This document shows positions 17,101-29,580 of a DNA stretch of 64,000 nt, piece by piece. Numbering within the stretch: the stretch's first letter is position 1; every line of letters starts with the position of its first letter. Origin of the DNA: Octopus vulgaris (taxonomy: Eukaryota); the NCBI GenBank assembly GCA_951406725.2, contig CATOCA020000001.1:5704001-5768000 (forward strand), read 5' to 3'. Made by a program: the position numbers and the translations under genes. Below the pieces are notes generated by a model. It worked only from the letters and a program-made list of their open reading frames with translations, was not told where the DNA came from and did not search any database.

Positions 17101-19300
17101 CTTTCTCGCTCTCTCACTTTTTTCTCCTCCCTTCTCCCTCTCGTTTTCTTTTTATTTTTCTTCCTCTCTCTCACTCTTTCATTTCTCTTTCTTCCTTTCG
17201 TTTCTTTCTCTCTTTCTTTATTTTCTCGCTCTTTCACTTTTTTCCCCATCTTTCTCCCTCTCGTTTTCTTTTTATCCTTGTTCCTCTCTCTCGCTCTTTC
17301 ATTTCTCTCTTTCTTCCTCTCGTTTCTTATTGTCTCTCTTTCCTTTCTCGCTCTCTCAATTTTTTGTCCTCCCTTCTCCCTCTCGTTTACTTTTTATCTT
17401 TCTTCCTCTCTCTCACTCTTTCATTTCTCTTTCTTCCTCTTGTTTCTTCCTCTCTTTCTTTCCTTTCTCGCTCTTTCACTTTGTTCTCCTTCTTTCTCCC
17501 TCTCGTTTTCCTTTTATCTTTCTTCCTCTCTCTCACTCTTTCATTTCTCTTTCTTCCTCTCGTTTCTTCCTCTCTTTCTTTCCTTTCTCGCTCTTTCAAT
17601 TTTTTCTCCCTCTTTCACCTTCTCGTTTTCTTTTTATCCTTGTTCCTCTCTCTCACACTTTCATTACTCTCTTTCTTCCTCTCGTTTCTTTTTCTCTCTC
17701 TTTCCTTTCTCGCACTTTCACTTTTTTCTCCTCCCTTCTCCCTCTCGTTTTCTTTTTATCTTTTTCCTCTCTCTCACTCTTTCATTTCTCTCTCTTCCTC
17801 TCGTTTCTTCCTCTCTTTCTTTCTTTTCTCGCTCTTTCACTTTTTTCTCCTTCCTTCTCCCTCTCGTTTTCTTTTTATCCATGTTCCTCTCTCTCACTCT
17901 TTCATTTCTCTCTTTCTTCCTCTCGTTTCTTTTTCTCTCTCTTTCCTTTCTCGCTCTCACTTTTTTCTCCTTTTTTCTCCCTCTCGTTTTCTTTTTATCT
18001 TTCTTCCTCTCTCTCACTCTTTCATTTCTCTCTCTTCCTCTCGTTTCTTTCTTTTCTCGCTCTTTCACTTTTTACTCCTTCCTTCTCCCTCTCGTTTTCT
18101 TTTTATCTTTCTTCCTCTCTCTCACTCTTTCATTTCTCTTTCTTCCTCTCGTTTCTTTTTCCCTCTCTTTCCTTTCTCGCTCTCTCACTTTTTTCTCCTC
18201 CCTTCTCCCTCTCGTTTTCTTTTTATCTTTCTCCCTCTCTCTCACTCTTTCATTTCTCTCTTTCTTTCCCTCGTTTCTTTTTCTCTCTCTTTCCTTCCTC
18301 GCTCTCTCACTTTTTTCTCCTCCCTTCTCCCTCTCGTTTTCTTCTTATCTTTCTTTCTCTTTCTCACTCTTTCATTTCTCTTTCTTCCTCTCGTTTCTTC
18401 CTCTCTTTCTTTCTCTTCTCGCTCTTTCACATGTTCTCCTTCCTTCTCCCTCTCTTTTTCTTTTTATCCTTGTTCCTCTCTCTCACTCTTTCATTTCTCT
18501 CTTTCTTCCTCTCGTTTCTTTTTCTCTCTCTTTCCTTTCTCGCTCTCTCACTTTTTTCTCCACCCTTCTCCCTCTCTCTTTCTTTTTATTATTCTTCCTC
18601 TCTCTCACTCTTTCATTTCTCTCTTTCTTTCTCTCGTTTCTTTTTCTCTCTCTTTCTTTTCTCGCTCTCTCGCTTTTTTCTCCTTTCTCCTCGCGTTTTC
18701 TTTTTATCCTTTTTCCTCTCTCTCACTCTTTCATTTCTCTCTTTCTTCCTCTCGTTTCTTTTTCTCTCTCTTTCTTTTCTCGCTCTCTCGCTTTTTTCTC
18801 CTTTTTTCTCCCTCTCGTTTTCTTTTTATCCTTGTTCCTCTCTCTCACTCTTTCATTTCTCTCTTTCTTCCTCTCGTTTCTTTTTCTCTCTCTCCTTCTC
18901 TTCTCGCTCTCTCACTTTTTTACCCTTTTTTCTCCCTCTCGTTTTCTTTTTATCCTTCTTCCTCTCTCTCACTCTTTCATTTCTCTCTTTCTTTCTCTCG
19001 TTTCTTTTTCTCTCTCTCTCTTTCTTTTCTCACTCTCACTTTTCTCTCCTACTTTCTCCCTCATTTTCTTTTTATCCTTCTTCCTCTCTCTCACTATTTC
19101 ATTTCTCTCTCTTTCTTTTCTCTCTCCTTTTCTTTTTTCAATCTCTTTCTCTTAATCTTTTCTCTCCTTTTTTCACTCTCTCTTTCTCTGTTTCGTTTCT
19201 CTTTTTGTCTTCTCTATAATTCTCTCTCAATTTTCCTTTTCTTTCTTCTATTTTTCTATTCTTCTCTTCTTTTTTCTCTTTCCTTTTCTTTCTCTCTTCT
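11190..19300. repeat. ~8 kb polypyrimidine satellite (~121-bp unit from ~13.6 kb; ~160-185-bp unit at 11.2-12.1 kb)
   Basis: Recurrent unit ttcctctctctcactctttcatttctct...ctccctctcgttttctttttatc. Pseudo-ORF boundaries at 15370, 15612 and 15854 are spaced 242 bp apart. Confidence 0.95.
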
Positions 19301-19559
19301 TCTTGTTTCAGTCATGAGACTACGGCCATGCTGGGGCTCCTCCTCGATTTTGTCTTTTATGTGTGGTACCTTTTCTGTCTAATTAGCACCAACCTATAGA
19401 TCTCTTTTGCTTCAGGCCAAAGTAACAGGGATGCTAATACACCGACACCGATTATCAATTAGCAGTTAGGGACACACACTTGCATAGATACACATGCATA
19501 CACATACACACACACACACACACACATATATACGAGTTAATAACACCTGTAAGGATGTG

Positions 19560-20530
19560 TTTTATCTATTCACCAAAGTGAATGGAGCCTGCAGAAAGCT
19601 CTTATATCTGTCACACTTCCGTTCATGGGCCTCGTTACAACCCGCTCCCCACGTGACTGTTCATTCAATTATGATAATTTTCTGAGCCTTTTCATGCCAC
19701 AGGAACACATCAGGCCTCAGGGTTGTATGGATATCCTGGGGAAACTGCAATCTCTTCCCTAAGTCTACCTTCATATCCCATTGTTGAGACCCTTGCAGCA
19801 AGATGTGTATTGCTTTTGCTAGCTTTACTACTTTCTCTCCCTCTTCCACGAACTTAATTGCGGCAGTTATATTCCCTTGGTGATGATGATTCTTACACTT
19901 TTACTGCTCCAGGGTGTGAGCAAGTATTTGTATCTGCTTTGAGAAAGTGTTATTCAGTACCCTGCCAAGATGTGTGCCAGAGAACCCCTTTCCTACAAAG
20001 TCTACACAGCTGGTCTTCCCTCAAACATTATCTGTGTAGGTTTGTTGGCATCGGGAGTGTGTCATACACCGCTCCATGCAGGAAGGAGATGTACAAAGGT
20101 TCCAGCCTCCACAGGTCAGTCCATGAGAGCTTCCTCTTAGGGAGATCCTATTTAGTTCATGCACTCAGAGATACCAACTCCACAGCTCTTGATTTCCTTG
20201 TATCTTCCTACGGGTACCACAATGCTTTCTGAGTCATAACCCGCCTCTCCCTGGTGTCTGCCTTCTTCCGTTGTTGGAAATAGAAAGAGCCAAGTCCCTG
20301 GCGACCCCAACATGTAGCTCCAATTATGACGCGTAGCTCCAGCATGCGTTCAACCTGAGCGACAGCGGTGCTAGTTACCCACACCTTGTGGTAATACCTG
20401 CATGTCTGACAAGCTCGTCCTTAGAGTCTCTCTACATCATTACAATATTACATTTTGCTACTTTAAATTCCTCCACTACAGATGACAGGGCAAATTGTAA
20501 CTGTCCCGATCTTATGTACAGGCCTATTCA
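19560..20530 (-). mobile_element. Degenerate non-LTR retrotransposon 3' region with zinc knuckle and restriction-like endonuclease (HERO/NeSL-like)
   Basis: Minus strand reads KLSWTDLWRLEPLYISFLHGAVYDTLP...CRLC..., then VDLGKRLQFPQDIHTTLRPDVFLW...IIIE and EAHERK. Stops and frameshifts present. Confidence 0.8.
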
Positions 20531-21387
20531 ATGAAGCCATTTTTCTGGGGAAGGGGGTATTTATTTACCTTTCTCGCAACCCTGGTGGGTGACTACTTAC
20601 CACAACACCACCTCACAATAAGTAAATATTTGATGCATCACCACTTCGCTTTTTTTACTCATTCAACCTTTAATACTAGGCTTCTGCCAAACTCAGTTAT
20701 ATATTCTTTGAGTGTCATATATACATAAACTAATATAAAATTTTCCCACGGCCCCCACACATTGGTGGTAGTGACCACTCTGAGAAGCCCTGCTCTATAT
20801 TCCTGCAGACACTATCCCATCTATTGACTGCCATCCTGTCATTCTAACTTCCAATATTTCAATAATAGAGTAAAGCGTCATTAACAAAATCACCATTGTC
20901 CCTTTAGGTGTCTTTCTAGATTCAATGAACACCAGTACAGTTTTATAAAGTGGGGTTTGATTCCTATGTGACACACCAGTGTTTTCATATGTGTAACAAA
21001 TTCTATCAAAAATGGTGTAGCCCTTGACACCAGTAAAACCTTCAACTTTGTATGGCAAGAGGACTTCTTTATAAAGTCACCATCCATTTATCGGCTCCAT
21101 CTGTCTCTCATCTCTTGGACTGAATACTTCCCGCCAGAACACCCCATTGCAGTGTGTGATGGATTTCTTTCTCACTCACATTCCATCAATTCTGCCATGC
21201 CACAATGTTTGGTTAAATATTTATAAAAATGTCGTTGATGAGGATTAGAGAAAAGAGGTCAAGAAAGAAATGAAATATCATCGACAAATATATGTGGCTA
21301 CTTTTCATATTGTGTATAAAACATTTCATATTGTGTATAAAATAATAAACAGTCAAATTTGAGAAGGCAATAAACAGAACAACTTAC

Positions 21388-21465
21388 TATTGTTGGATCC
21401 GTTCTTATTAAATTTTCCACTCCTTCAATGTCACCAATCTGAATTTTGTCTATGATACCTCCCAT
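21388..21465 (-). CDS. Ankyrin-repeat gene, first coding exon (MGGIIDKIQIGDIEGVENLIRTDPTI)
   Basis: Acceptor ttattcaaaag|acATG, 26 open codons, consensus donor ATA|gtaagt at 21387. Phase 0 joins the 11151 exon. GDIEGVENLI resembles an ankyrin N-terminal half repeat. Not in the ORF track. Confidence 0.8.
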
Positions 21466-23129
21466 GTCTTTTGAATAAAATCAGTCAAAAAAGAAAGAAA
21501 GCAAATCAGTTTTTAAAAACTTATAAAATGAGTTAAACAACAATAAACAGAAGTTGATGGTTCTAAAATCTTGCAAAAGATAACATTGATATTGTAAACT
21601 TGAGTTTATCTAAAGTATTATTCATAGCTGAATGTTCTTGACACTAATAAACCTAACAACAGTCATTGTGTTGTGTGTCTAGGTTAGCTACATTCCTCTG
21701 CTTACATCTTGAGCTACAAATCTGTGGATCATACCCCAGCTAGGGTGGGGGACACTTTATATAAAAACGAATTCATTCTCTAAAGAAAAGTAAATTTATG
21801 AAAACTAGTAAAAGAATAAACGAAACAGAATTTGTACAATAAAACCTCCTGTATTGATCTTTGATTTCATCTCAACTACTTTGCTAATATTTCGACAGAC
21901 ACTATCAACAAGAGCTTACTTTATAAATTTTTGCAAATATCTTTATGACTATTTCATAATTATTTAATTATATATATATATATATATATATACTAACATC
22001 ATCATCATCATCATCATCATCACCACCATATACCGTCCACCTTCCATGCATCCAAGAGTAAGATGGACGACAGGAGCTGTCCAGGTAGAAAAAAAAACTA
22101 CCCTGGGCTATTGTCTTTACAGGGTCTTACTGCTGGATGCCCTTCCAAACGCCAACCTCCAGTTTTGTCCCACTGTATGACACCTTGGGCAAGTACCTTC
22201 TTCCTAATCCCATGGTTGATCAAGGCTTTTTATTGGATTAAATAGAGACAATCTGAGAGACGCCCATCGTACACCGCTGGACAAAATCTCAGGACCAGTG
22301 AAAACAACTGCCAAAATGAAGTGTTTGTGTGTGTGTGTGTACGTGTGCATACATATATTTGTGTATGTTTGTGTGTATGTGTGTGTGTGTATGTTTCCAT
22401 TTGCTTTTACTGAAAATTCCTCAGGTATGAACGATTATCATTTTCCCTGTTAATAGACAAACCATTGGAATAAGTGATCCCTTGAACAACAGGTAAGGGT
22501 TAATAACATGAAGGGGATCCAGATGCAAAAAGAATGGATCAATAATATACTCATACAACCCATGGTAGTATGGAGGAAAGGTGTAAAATGATTGCTTTAT
22601 ATGCATAAACGTACATATATAAGTCTATGTATGTGTATACTCGTGTGCATGTGTGAGTAGCTGTATGGCATAGTGATTCGGGTGTTACCCACACAATAGC
22701 TAGATCGTGGATTTGATCCTTGCAATACCCTTCCTTTCCCAAGAGAAGAAACGACAGAGGTTCGAGTCTCAAGCCATTAGAAAATCCAGCTTAACAGAAT
22801 ATACGTTAACAGAACAACTTCAAATTAACGCAGATAGAAATGCCTGCTCCAGAGAACAGGAAACATCAAAGTAACGACAAGTCAGGTTGGAATTTAAAAC
22901 TTTATCTTTTGGAGAGGAGCGACTAGTAACCTTTAACTAAGATCTTAATACATAAGCATTACGATAGATACTTTATGAATACATTTGTGTAGAGTACACA
23001 CTGGGTCAAAGGTCGGGTGAGCGCTTGTATATATTATAAATACACAAATTTGGTGATTTGTTTAGTCTACTTCTTTTCCTCAAGAGCTTCATGCATTAGT
23101 GAACAGTCAACAGCGTTGGAGACCATGGA

Positions 23130-23870
23130 GATTAAATTTCTGAATATTTGAAAAGAGTTTCCTGTATCATTGTAATTTTTGGTGGATATCAAAATGCCAA
23201 CATCATGACTGATGCTCAATGCTCTGTGAATACTGTAAAGGCTGTGAGATGTGACACACGCATGAGACTGTGAATCTGTAGCTACTGGGAAGGGACATAG
23301 TAGGAGTTCTGATTGTGTCTGCACCACACCACAATTCATTGCCACATCGTTGAGCAGGTAGTGAGTTACGCTCTACACAGACAGCTTTGTGAAACTGCTG
23401 TAGACTGGGATCAAACTCTGGGGAGGATTGCCATTGGAAGGTCATATGTGTGGCAGCAAGATTCATCTCTTCGTCATACCGCTGGAAGGAACCAGACGTG
23501 ATTGTTGGAGATTTTCTACGACTGCCCCAGCCCGAATTTCTGGTCCTCTAATTCCTCTGATTGTAATACCCTGGATTACTATGTGAGGGGCGCAATTGAG
23601 AAAGATACCAACCACTCTTCCTGCAGCGCTAAGTCCAAGCTGATGCCCAAGATCAAAGAGGGGTTCGAAAATCTCCCCAAGGACACAGCGAGGAACGCAT
23701 ATGCCAGGCTTTGAAGATGTGTTGAGGCTGTGGTGGAAGTGAAGGGCAGATAATTTCAGGAAACCTTTATCTCTCAGCCAAAACCTAGTTTTGACAGGTT
23801 TTGAATTTTTAAAACGCTTATTTTTGGATGTGATAAGGAGTTTTATTTTTCTTTTGTGAAAACTGTCAGA
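23130..23870 (+). mobile_element. Internally deleted Tc1/mariner DD37D (maT-type) transposase pseudogene
   Basis: YVWQQD...FWSSNSSDCNTLDYYV reads in one frame across a single stop, with 37 residues between the last two catalytic Asp. Confidence 0.85.
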
Positions 23871-24009
23871 TGTATACATACACTCATTGCATATGTATAC
23901 ATATCTATATACATATATTTAAATGTATATGTATACACAAATACACATACATGTATGTGTATGCCTATCCATTTAGATATTTATTCACATTTGTTGCAGC
24001 TTTGCAATA

Positions 24010-24860
24010 TTGTATGCTAAAAGTATTCCACAAGGGACATCCAGGAATCGCAAGAATGAAAGCACTGATGAGAAACTAAGTTTACTGGTTGAATATGGAT
24101 CAGGAAATTGAAATTGGTGAAGGCCTGCAGGGGTTGTGCCCTGGCAATAAAAAGCACTACCTATAAAAATTCAGCCTTGGCCCAAGACTGACATAGAGTA
24201 CAGGACCGATAAATGGAAGGCATTATCTATTAGCTGTGGACAGTTACACGAAATGGCCGGAAATATGTAATTGTAGGAAGCCATCCTCCTAAGTGGCAAT
24301 GCAATTTCTGGACGAACATTTTGCGCGATATGGCACCCCAGACAATATAGTGTCTGAAAGCGGAACATAGTTGACATCGAAGGAATTAAAAAGCTTTTAC
24401 AAAATGCATGCAATGGAGCATATTACTACTCGGCCATACCATCCGAGATCGAATGGACTAGCGGAACGTTTTGTAGACAAGTTTAAGAGGGCGCTAAAAA
24501 AAACCCAGCTAGGAATGAGCTACTAGTTCATACTGCATTGACGCATTTCTTAAGTGTCTACCGAATAACACCTAACCCCAACACCACTTCAGGTATGTCG
24601 CCGGCTGAACTATTGTCCGCCAGGAAAGTCAGGTCAGTGCTCGACAAATTACTACCGGGAAGAAAAGGTGGGGGAAATAGAAGGAAACACCGAAAATAAG
24701 ATAAAATACTTCAAACTCGGTGACAAGGTGTTTTTGTTTTTAAATATACAGAAATGGAGAGGAAAGTTGGGAAGAAATTATAATAAGTAAACGTTTTGGG
24801 AAAATAACGTAAATGGTAAAAGGTGAAACGTGGGAACACATTTAAACCAACTGAAAAAAA
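24010..24860 (+). mobile_element. Ty3/Gypsy integrase remnant
   Basis: FHKGHPGIARMKALMR, PYHPRSNGLAERFV and FLSVYRITPNP...SPAEL motifs, with many stops. Confidence 0.85.
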
Positions 24861-24879
24861 AGAACTGTTTACGCGAGAA

Positions 24880-25340
24880 AGAATAAGACGACAAACAGAT
24901 GAAAGGCAGTGCTATTGGTGTAGGGATCGCCGGTGATGTTGCCAGCCTCTTCATAGTATGATGGGACAGGCATTTTAAGCAGTGCCTAGTGACCCGTAAC
25001 ATCCACTTAAATATGTACTCTCGAAACGTTGACGACATTGACTTTGTCGTGAAAAGTAATAGAAATATGAACACTCTCCTAAATGAAGAAGAGATGATGA
25101 CAACTATACAACACATGGCTGACTCTATCCATAGCAGTATAAAGGCTACTGAAGACTACCCCTCTAAAAACGCCAGAATTAGATTACCTGCAATACATAA
25201 TCAGCTGTGGATAGAAAATACTATGATTAACGGAACAGTTAATCCCTGTTTACTCCATTCACATTATTATAAATCTATAGCTAATCCACTGGTAAATCCG
25301 TAGTGACTCAGCGATGTCAAGTACTACCAAAATCAACATC
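24880..25340 (+). mobile_element. Penelope-like reverse transcriptase fragment (duplicated at ~40330-40790)
   Basis: QMKGSAIGVGIAGDVASLF...MYSRNVDDI...HMADSIHSSIK...HSHYYKS, a degenerate RYVDD core and thumb. Confidence 0.7.
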
Positions 25341-25510
25341 CTTGTGGCAGACTTCGAGTAATGAGGATAACATCGGTGGCGTGAAGGGGAGGCTGGTATG
25401 CATGGGCAACTGCTGGTCTTCCATAAACAACCTTGCCCAGACTTGTGCCTCGGAGGGTAACATTGTAGGTGCAATCCCTCATTCCTGACCGAAGGGGGTC
25501 CAATATATAT

Positions 25511-25546
<36 letters not shown>

Positions 25547-25595
25547 ACACACATACACGCACACACATATATATATATATTTATATATATATATA

Positions 25596-25985
25596 GGCGC
25601 AGGAGTGGGTGTGTCTTAAGTAGCTTGCTTACCAAGCACATGGTTCCGGGTTCAGTCCCACTGCGAGGCACCTTGGGCAAGTGTTTTCTACTATAGCCTC
25701 GGGCCGACCAAAGCCTTGTGAGTCGATTTGATAGACGGAAACTGAAAGAAGCCCGTCGTATATATGTGTATATATATATGTGTGTGTGTGTGTGTTTGTC
25801 CCCCTAGCATTGCTTGACAACCGATGCTGGTGTGTTTACGTCCCCGTAACTTAGCGGTTCGGCAAAAAACCGATAGAATAAGTACTGGACTTACAAACAA
25901 TAAGTCATGGGGTCGATTTACTCGACTAAAGGCGGTGCTCCACCATGGCCACAGTCAAATGACAGAAACAATTAAAAGAGTAAAA

Positions 25986-25988
<3 letters not shown>
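25596..25988 (+). mobile_element. tRNA-derived SINE family 1 with an internal (TA)n(TG)n microsatellite
   Basis: ggcgcaggagtgg head, B-box-like gggttcagtccc, ccttgggcaag core-like motif. Multiple copies in the window. Confidence 0.88.
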
Positions 25989-26036
<48 letters not shown>

Positions 26037-26073
26037 TATATATATATATGTGTGTTTGTGTGTGTGTGTGTGT

Positions 26074-26455
26074 GGAGGTGCAATGGCCCAGTGGTTACGA
26101 GAGCGGACTCGCGGTCATAGGATCGCGGTTTCGATTCCCAGACCGGGTGTTGTGAGTGTTTATTGAGCGAATACACCTAAAGCTCGACGAGGCTCCGACA
26201 GGGGATGGTGGTGATCCCTGCTGTACTCTTTCACCACAACTTTCTCTCACTCTTACTTCCTGTTTCTGTTGTACCTGTATTTCAAAGGGCCGGCCTTGTC
26301 ACTCCCTGTGTCACGCTGAATATCCCAGAGAACTACGTTAAGGGTGCACGTGTCTGTGGAATGCTCAGCCACTTACACGTTAATTTCACGAGCAGTTTGT
26401 TCCGTTGATTCGGATCAACCGAAACCCTCGTCGTCGTAACCGACGGAGTGCTTCC
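26074..26455 (+). mobile_element. tRNA-derived SINE family 2 (duplicate at 41542-41924)
   Basis: A-box-like tggcccagtgg and B-box-like ggtttcgattccc. 3' half shared with the SINE at 27201. Confidence 0.85.
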
Positions 26456-26529
<74 letters not shown>

Positions 26530-27200
26530 ATGCATGTATCTAAATATACATATATAACATAGAATACAGAGACACAGAAAATGAAAGGGAGAACGTATAG
26601 TATTATAATCCGACGACTGTTTGTGAGGGGTCAGTCCTGTAATATTTGTTTTGGAAATTACTTGATGACCCAACTTGTACTTTCCTAAAAGTGGTTGGCA
26701 TAAAGATCGGCATCCAGTCACAGAAACCATGCTAAGAGAGATAATGGGAACCTGGTGCAGCTCTCTGGCTTACCAGTTCCCATCAAAGCGCCCAACGCAT
26801 GCCAGTTGGAAAACAGACGTTAAACGATGATGATTATTATTTATGTATGTAAACATACGGACCTATAGAATGAGGACCGATGCTAAGAATGGCCAATGAT
26901 CTGGTGTTCATAATAACAGCAACAACAAAGACAACAGAAGCACAACGGCAGGAACGGCAGTAAGCAGACAGGGGTCAATGGGACCGGAACCTTCAAGTGG
27001 CTGGGGAAACTACAGCATTTGTAGCAGACTATAGAGAAAGGGAAGAAGAAGAGAGGGAGGAAATGGAAGAAGCGAAGGCATTTAAAAATAAACACTGGGT
27101 CCACATTGAGGGAAAATAATTTGAAAAACATCATCAGAAGATCTCACTTCTGTGCGTAAAATCGAAAGTGGTCAACTAGATGACATGTTGTGAAGCCATA

Positions 27201-27525
27201 AAAAGACTCCGCCGGTTACGACGACGAGGGTCCCAGCTGATACGATCAACGGAACAGCTTGCTCGTGAAATTAACGTGCAAATGGCTGAGCATTCCACAG
27301 ACACGTGTACCCTTAACGTAGTTCTCGGGGATAATCGGCGTGACACAGAGAGTGACAAGGCTGACCCTTTGAAATACAAGTACAACTCATTTTTGCCAGC
27401 TGAGTGAACTGGAGCACCGTGAAATAAAGTGTCTTGCTCAAGGACACAACGCGTCGCCGGGAATCGAACTCACAAACTTACGATCATGAGCCGAATGCCC
27501 TAACCACTAAGCCACGCGCCCTCAC
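27201..27525 (-). mobile_element. tRNA-derived SINE family 3 with 12-bp TSD
   Basis: TSD tgtgaagccata at 27189-27200 and 27526-27537. Empty site in copy B at ~42651. Head tggcttagtggttagg...gagttcgattcc. Confidence 0.92.
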
Positions 27526-28167
27526 TGTGAAGCCATATACGTCGGATCAACGAGGAGACAGATTCACCGCAGAGTGAAAGAGTATTCCTTTCAGTCCAAA
27601 CAACACAGTGTTTTATTCCCGAACGGTCAACATCGCCAAAGTGAATGTTCCACCAGGATACTAGAAAGAGTCGTGGATGCCGTCAACCTCCGAATAACAG
27701 AGGCGCACTTCATTAGAAGAAAAATGCCAAGCTTGAACCACTGACCTTAGCTAATGCATGGAAACCTATTTACTGCTTTCAGGATTATTAATCGACACTT
27801 GTTAACATTAGGGAAATAAAGAAGAATCATGGATTCAAAAGTGCTCACAGTGAAATGGAATTTAAAACCCAGCAACAAGACTTACTCTGGGTTACATGTC
27901 ACATACAGGATGACTCCATACTTTGCTATTTCCAATCTTCTCCTCCCCCCTCTCTCTCTCTCTTTGCCTCCATTGCGATCGTTAGCCGAATACATTAACC
28001 ACTAAGCCACGTAACTTCACTCATCTGCAAATGTAAACTCTTAAATAACCATCACTTTGGCTTTCTGAATCCAGCGGACAATTCCACAGAACTCACCAAT
28101 AATTTTTCTAAATCTGTTCAATTCTAAACTAGATTGTTCTTTCAAAAACAGTATTTAAATATACTCT

Positions 28168-28212
<45 letters not shown>

Positions 28213-28216
<4 letters not shown>

Positions 28217-28405
28217 TTGTTTCAGTCATTTGACTGCAGCCATACTGGAGCACCGCCTTTAATCGAGCAACTCGACCCCGGGACTTTTTATTTTGCAAGC
28301 CCAGTACTTATTCTATCGGTGTCTTTTTGCCGAACCGCTAAGTAACGGGGACATAAACACACCAGCATTGGTTGTCAGGCAATGCTAGGGGGACAAAGAC
28401 AGACA

Positions 28406-28455
<50 letters not shown>

Positions 28456-28636
28456 CATATATATACATATATACGACGGGGTTCTTTCAGTTTCCGTCTA
28501 CCAAGTCCACTCACAAGGCTTTGGTCGGCCCGAGGCTAAAGTAGAAGACACTTATCCAAGGTGCCACGCAGTGGGACTGAGCCCGGAACGATGTGGTTGG
28601 TAAACAAGCTACATACCACACAGCCACTCAAGCGCC
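28213..28636 (-). mobile_element. SINE family 1 (duplicate at 43300-43733)
   Basis: Reverse complement of the 25596 element. Confidence 0.88.
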
Positions 28637-28982
28637 TATCAATACGAATATATTAAAAACAGAATTCTTTTATACTTAAGAGGCTGTTTAAATCTTACGA
28701 TGTCAAAATATTATTTGTAAAGATGAAATATTCATTCAAATTTTGGCACAAGGCAGTAGTTTCAATGCGGAGATAAGTTGATTGCATCGACCCCAGTGTT
28801 CAACTGGTACTACTTTTATCAGTCTCGAAATGTCAAGCCGAACTTGGCAATATTTGAACTCAGAACAAACATTTCTTCCGGCCTGCTAAGCATCTGTCAG
28901 CTGGCCTCCTTATAAAAGTGAAATATTCTTTTCTGCTCTAGGCACAGGGCCAGAAATTTTGGGAGAGGGGGTAGTCATTTGG

Positions 28983-29580
28983 ATCGACACCAGTAAGCAA
29001 CTGGTACTTAATTTATCGACCCCGAAAGGAGGAAAGGCAAAATCGACATCGGCAGAATTTGAACTCAGAATGTAAAAACAGAGGAAAAACCTATTTCTTT
29101 ACTACCCACAAAGGGCTAAACACAGGGAGGACAAACAAGGGCAAACATACGGATTAAGTCGATTATGTCGACCTCAGTGCATAACTGGTATTTAATGTAT
29201 CGACTGCGAAAGGATGAAAGGCAAAGTCGACCTCGGCGGAATTTGAACTCAGAACCTAACGGCAAACGAAATACCTATTTCTTTACTATCCACAAGGGGC
29301 TAAACACTGAGAGGACAAACAAGAATAGACAAACGGATTAAGTCGATTATATCGACCTCAGTGCATAACTGGTACTTAATGTATCGACCGCGAAAGGATG
29401 AAAGGCAAAGTCGACCACGGCGGAATTTGAACTCGAACATAACGGCAAACGAAATACCTATTTCTTTACTACCCACAAGGGGCTAAACACTGAGGGGACA
29501 AACAAGGACAGACAAACGGATTAAGTTGATTATATCGACCCCAATGTGTAACTGGTACTTATTTAATCGACCCCGATAGG
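28983..29580 (-). repeat. Tandem array of ~183-bp SINE-derived units (3.3 units; 2.3 units at 44082-44500)
   Basis: atcgacc..agtg..taactggtact recurs at ~28983, 29167, 29351 and 29534. Confidence 0.85.

Noticed and set aside
12503-19382. Very long ORFs (up to 1589 aa) rich in F/L/S, and K/R/E-rich ORFs on the minus strand
   Set aside because: Open in all three frames only because the C/T satellite lacks stop codons; the region lies in an intron.
20540-21230. Complex sequence with short ORFs (also 31.1-31.5, 32.7-33.1, 34.0-34.3 and 61.1-61.3 kb)
   Set aside because: No recognisable motif or convincing splice-site pair; probably decayed TEs. Needs tBLASTx or RepeatMasker.
21448-21465. N-terminal MG as a myristoylation signal
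   Set aside because: MGGIID lacks the favoured Ser/Thr at position 6; unsupported.
26074-26150. tRNA-like sequences (also ~27455-27525 and 51632-51695)
   Set aside because: They are SINE heads continuing into SINE bodies and lack complete cloverleaves.
28983-29580. Regularly spaced repeats resembling a CRISPR array
   Set aside because: Whole 183-bp units repeat with no unique spacers, in a eukaryotic context.
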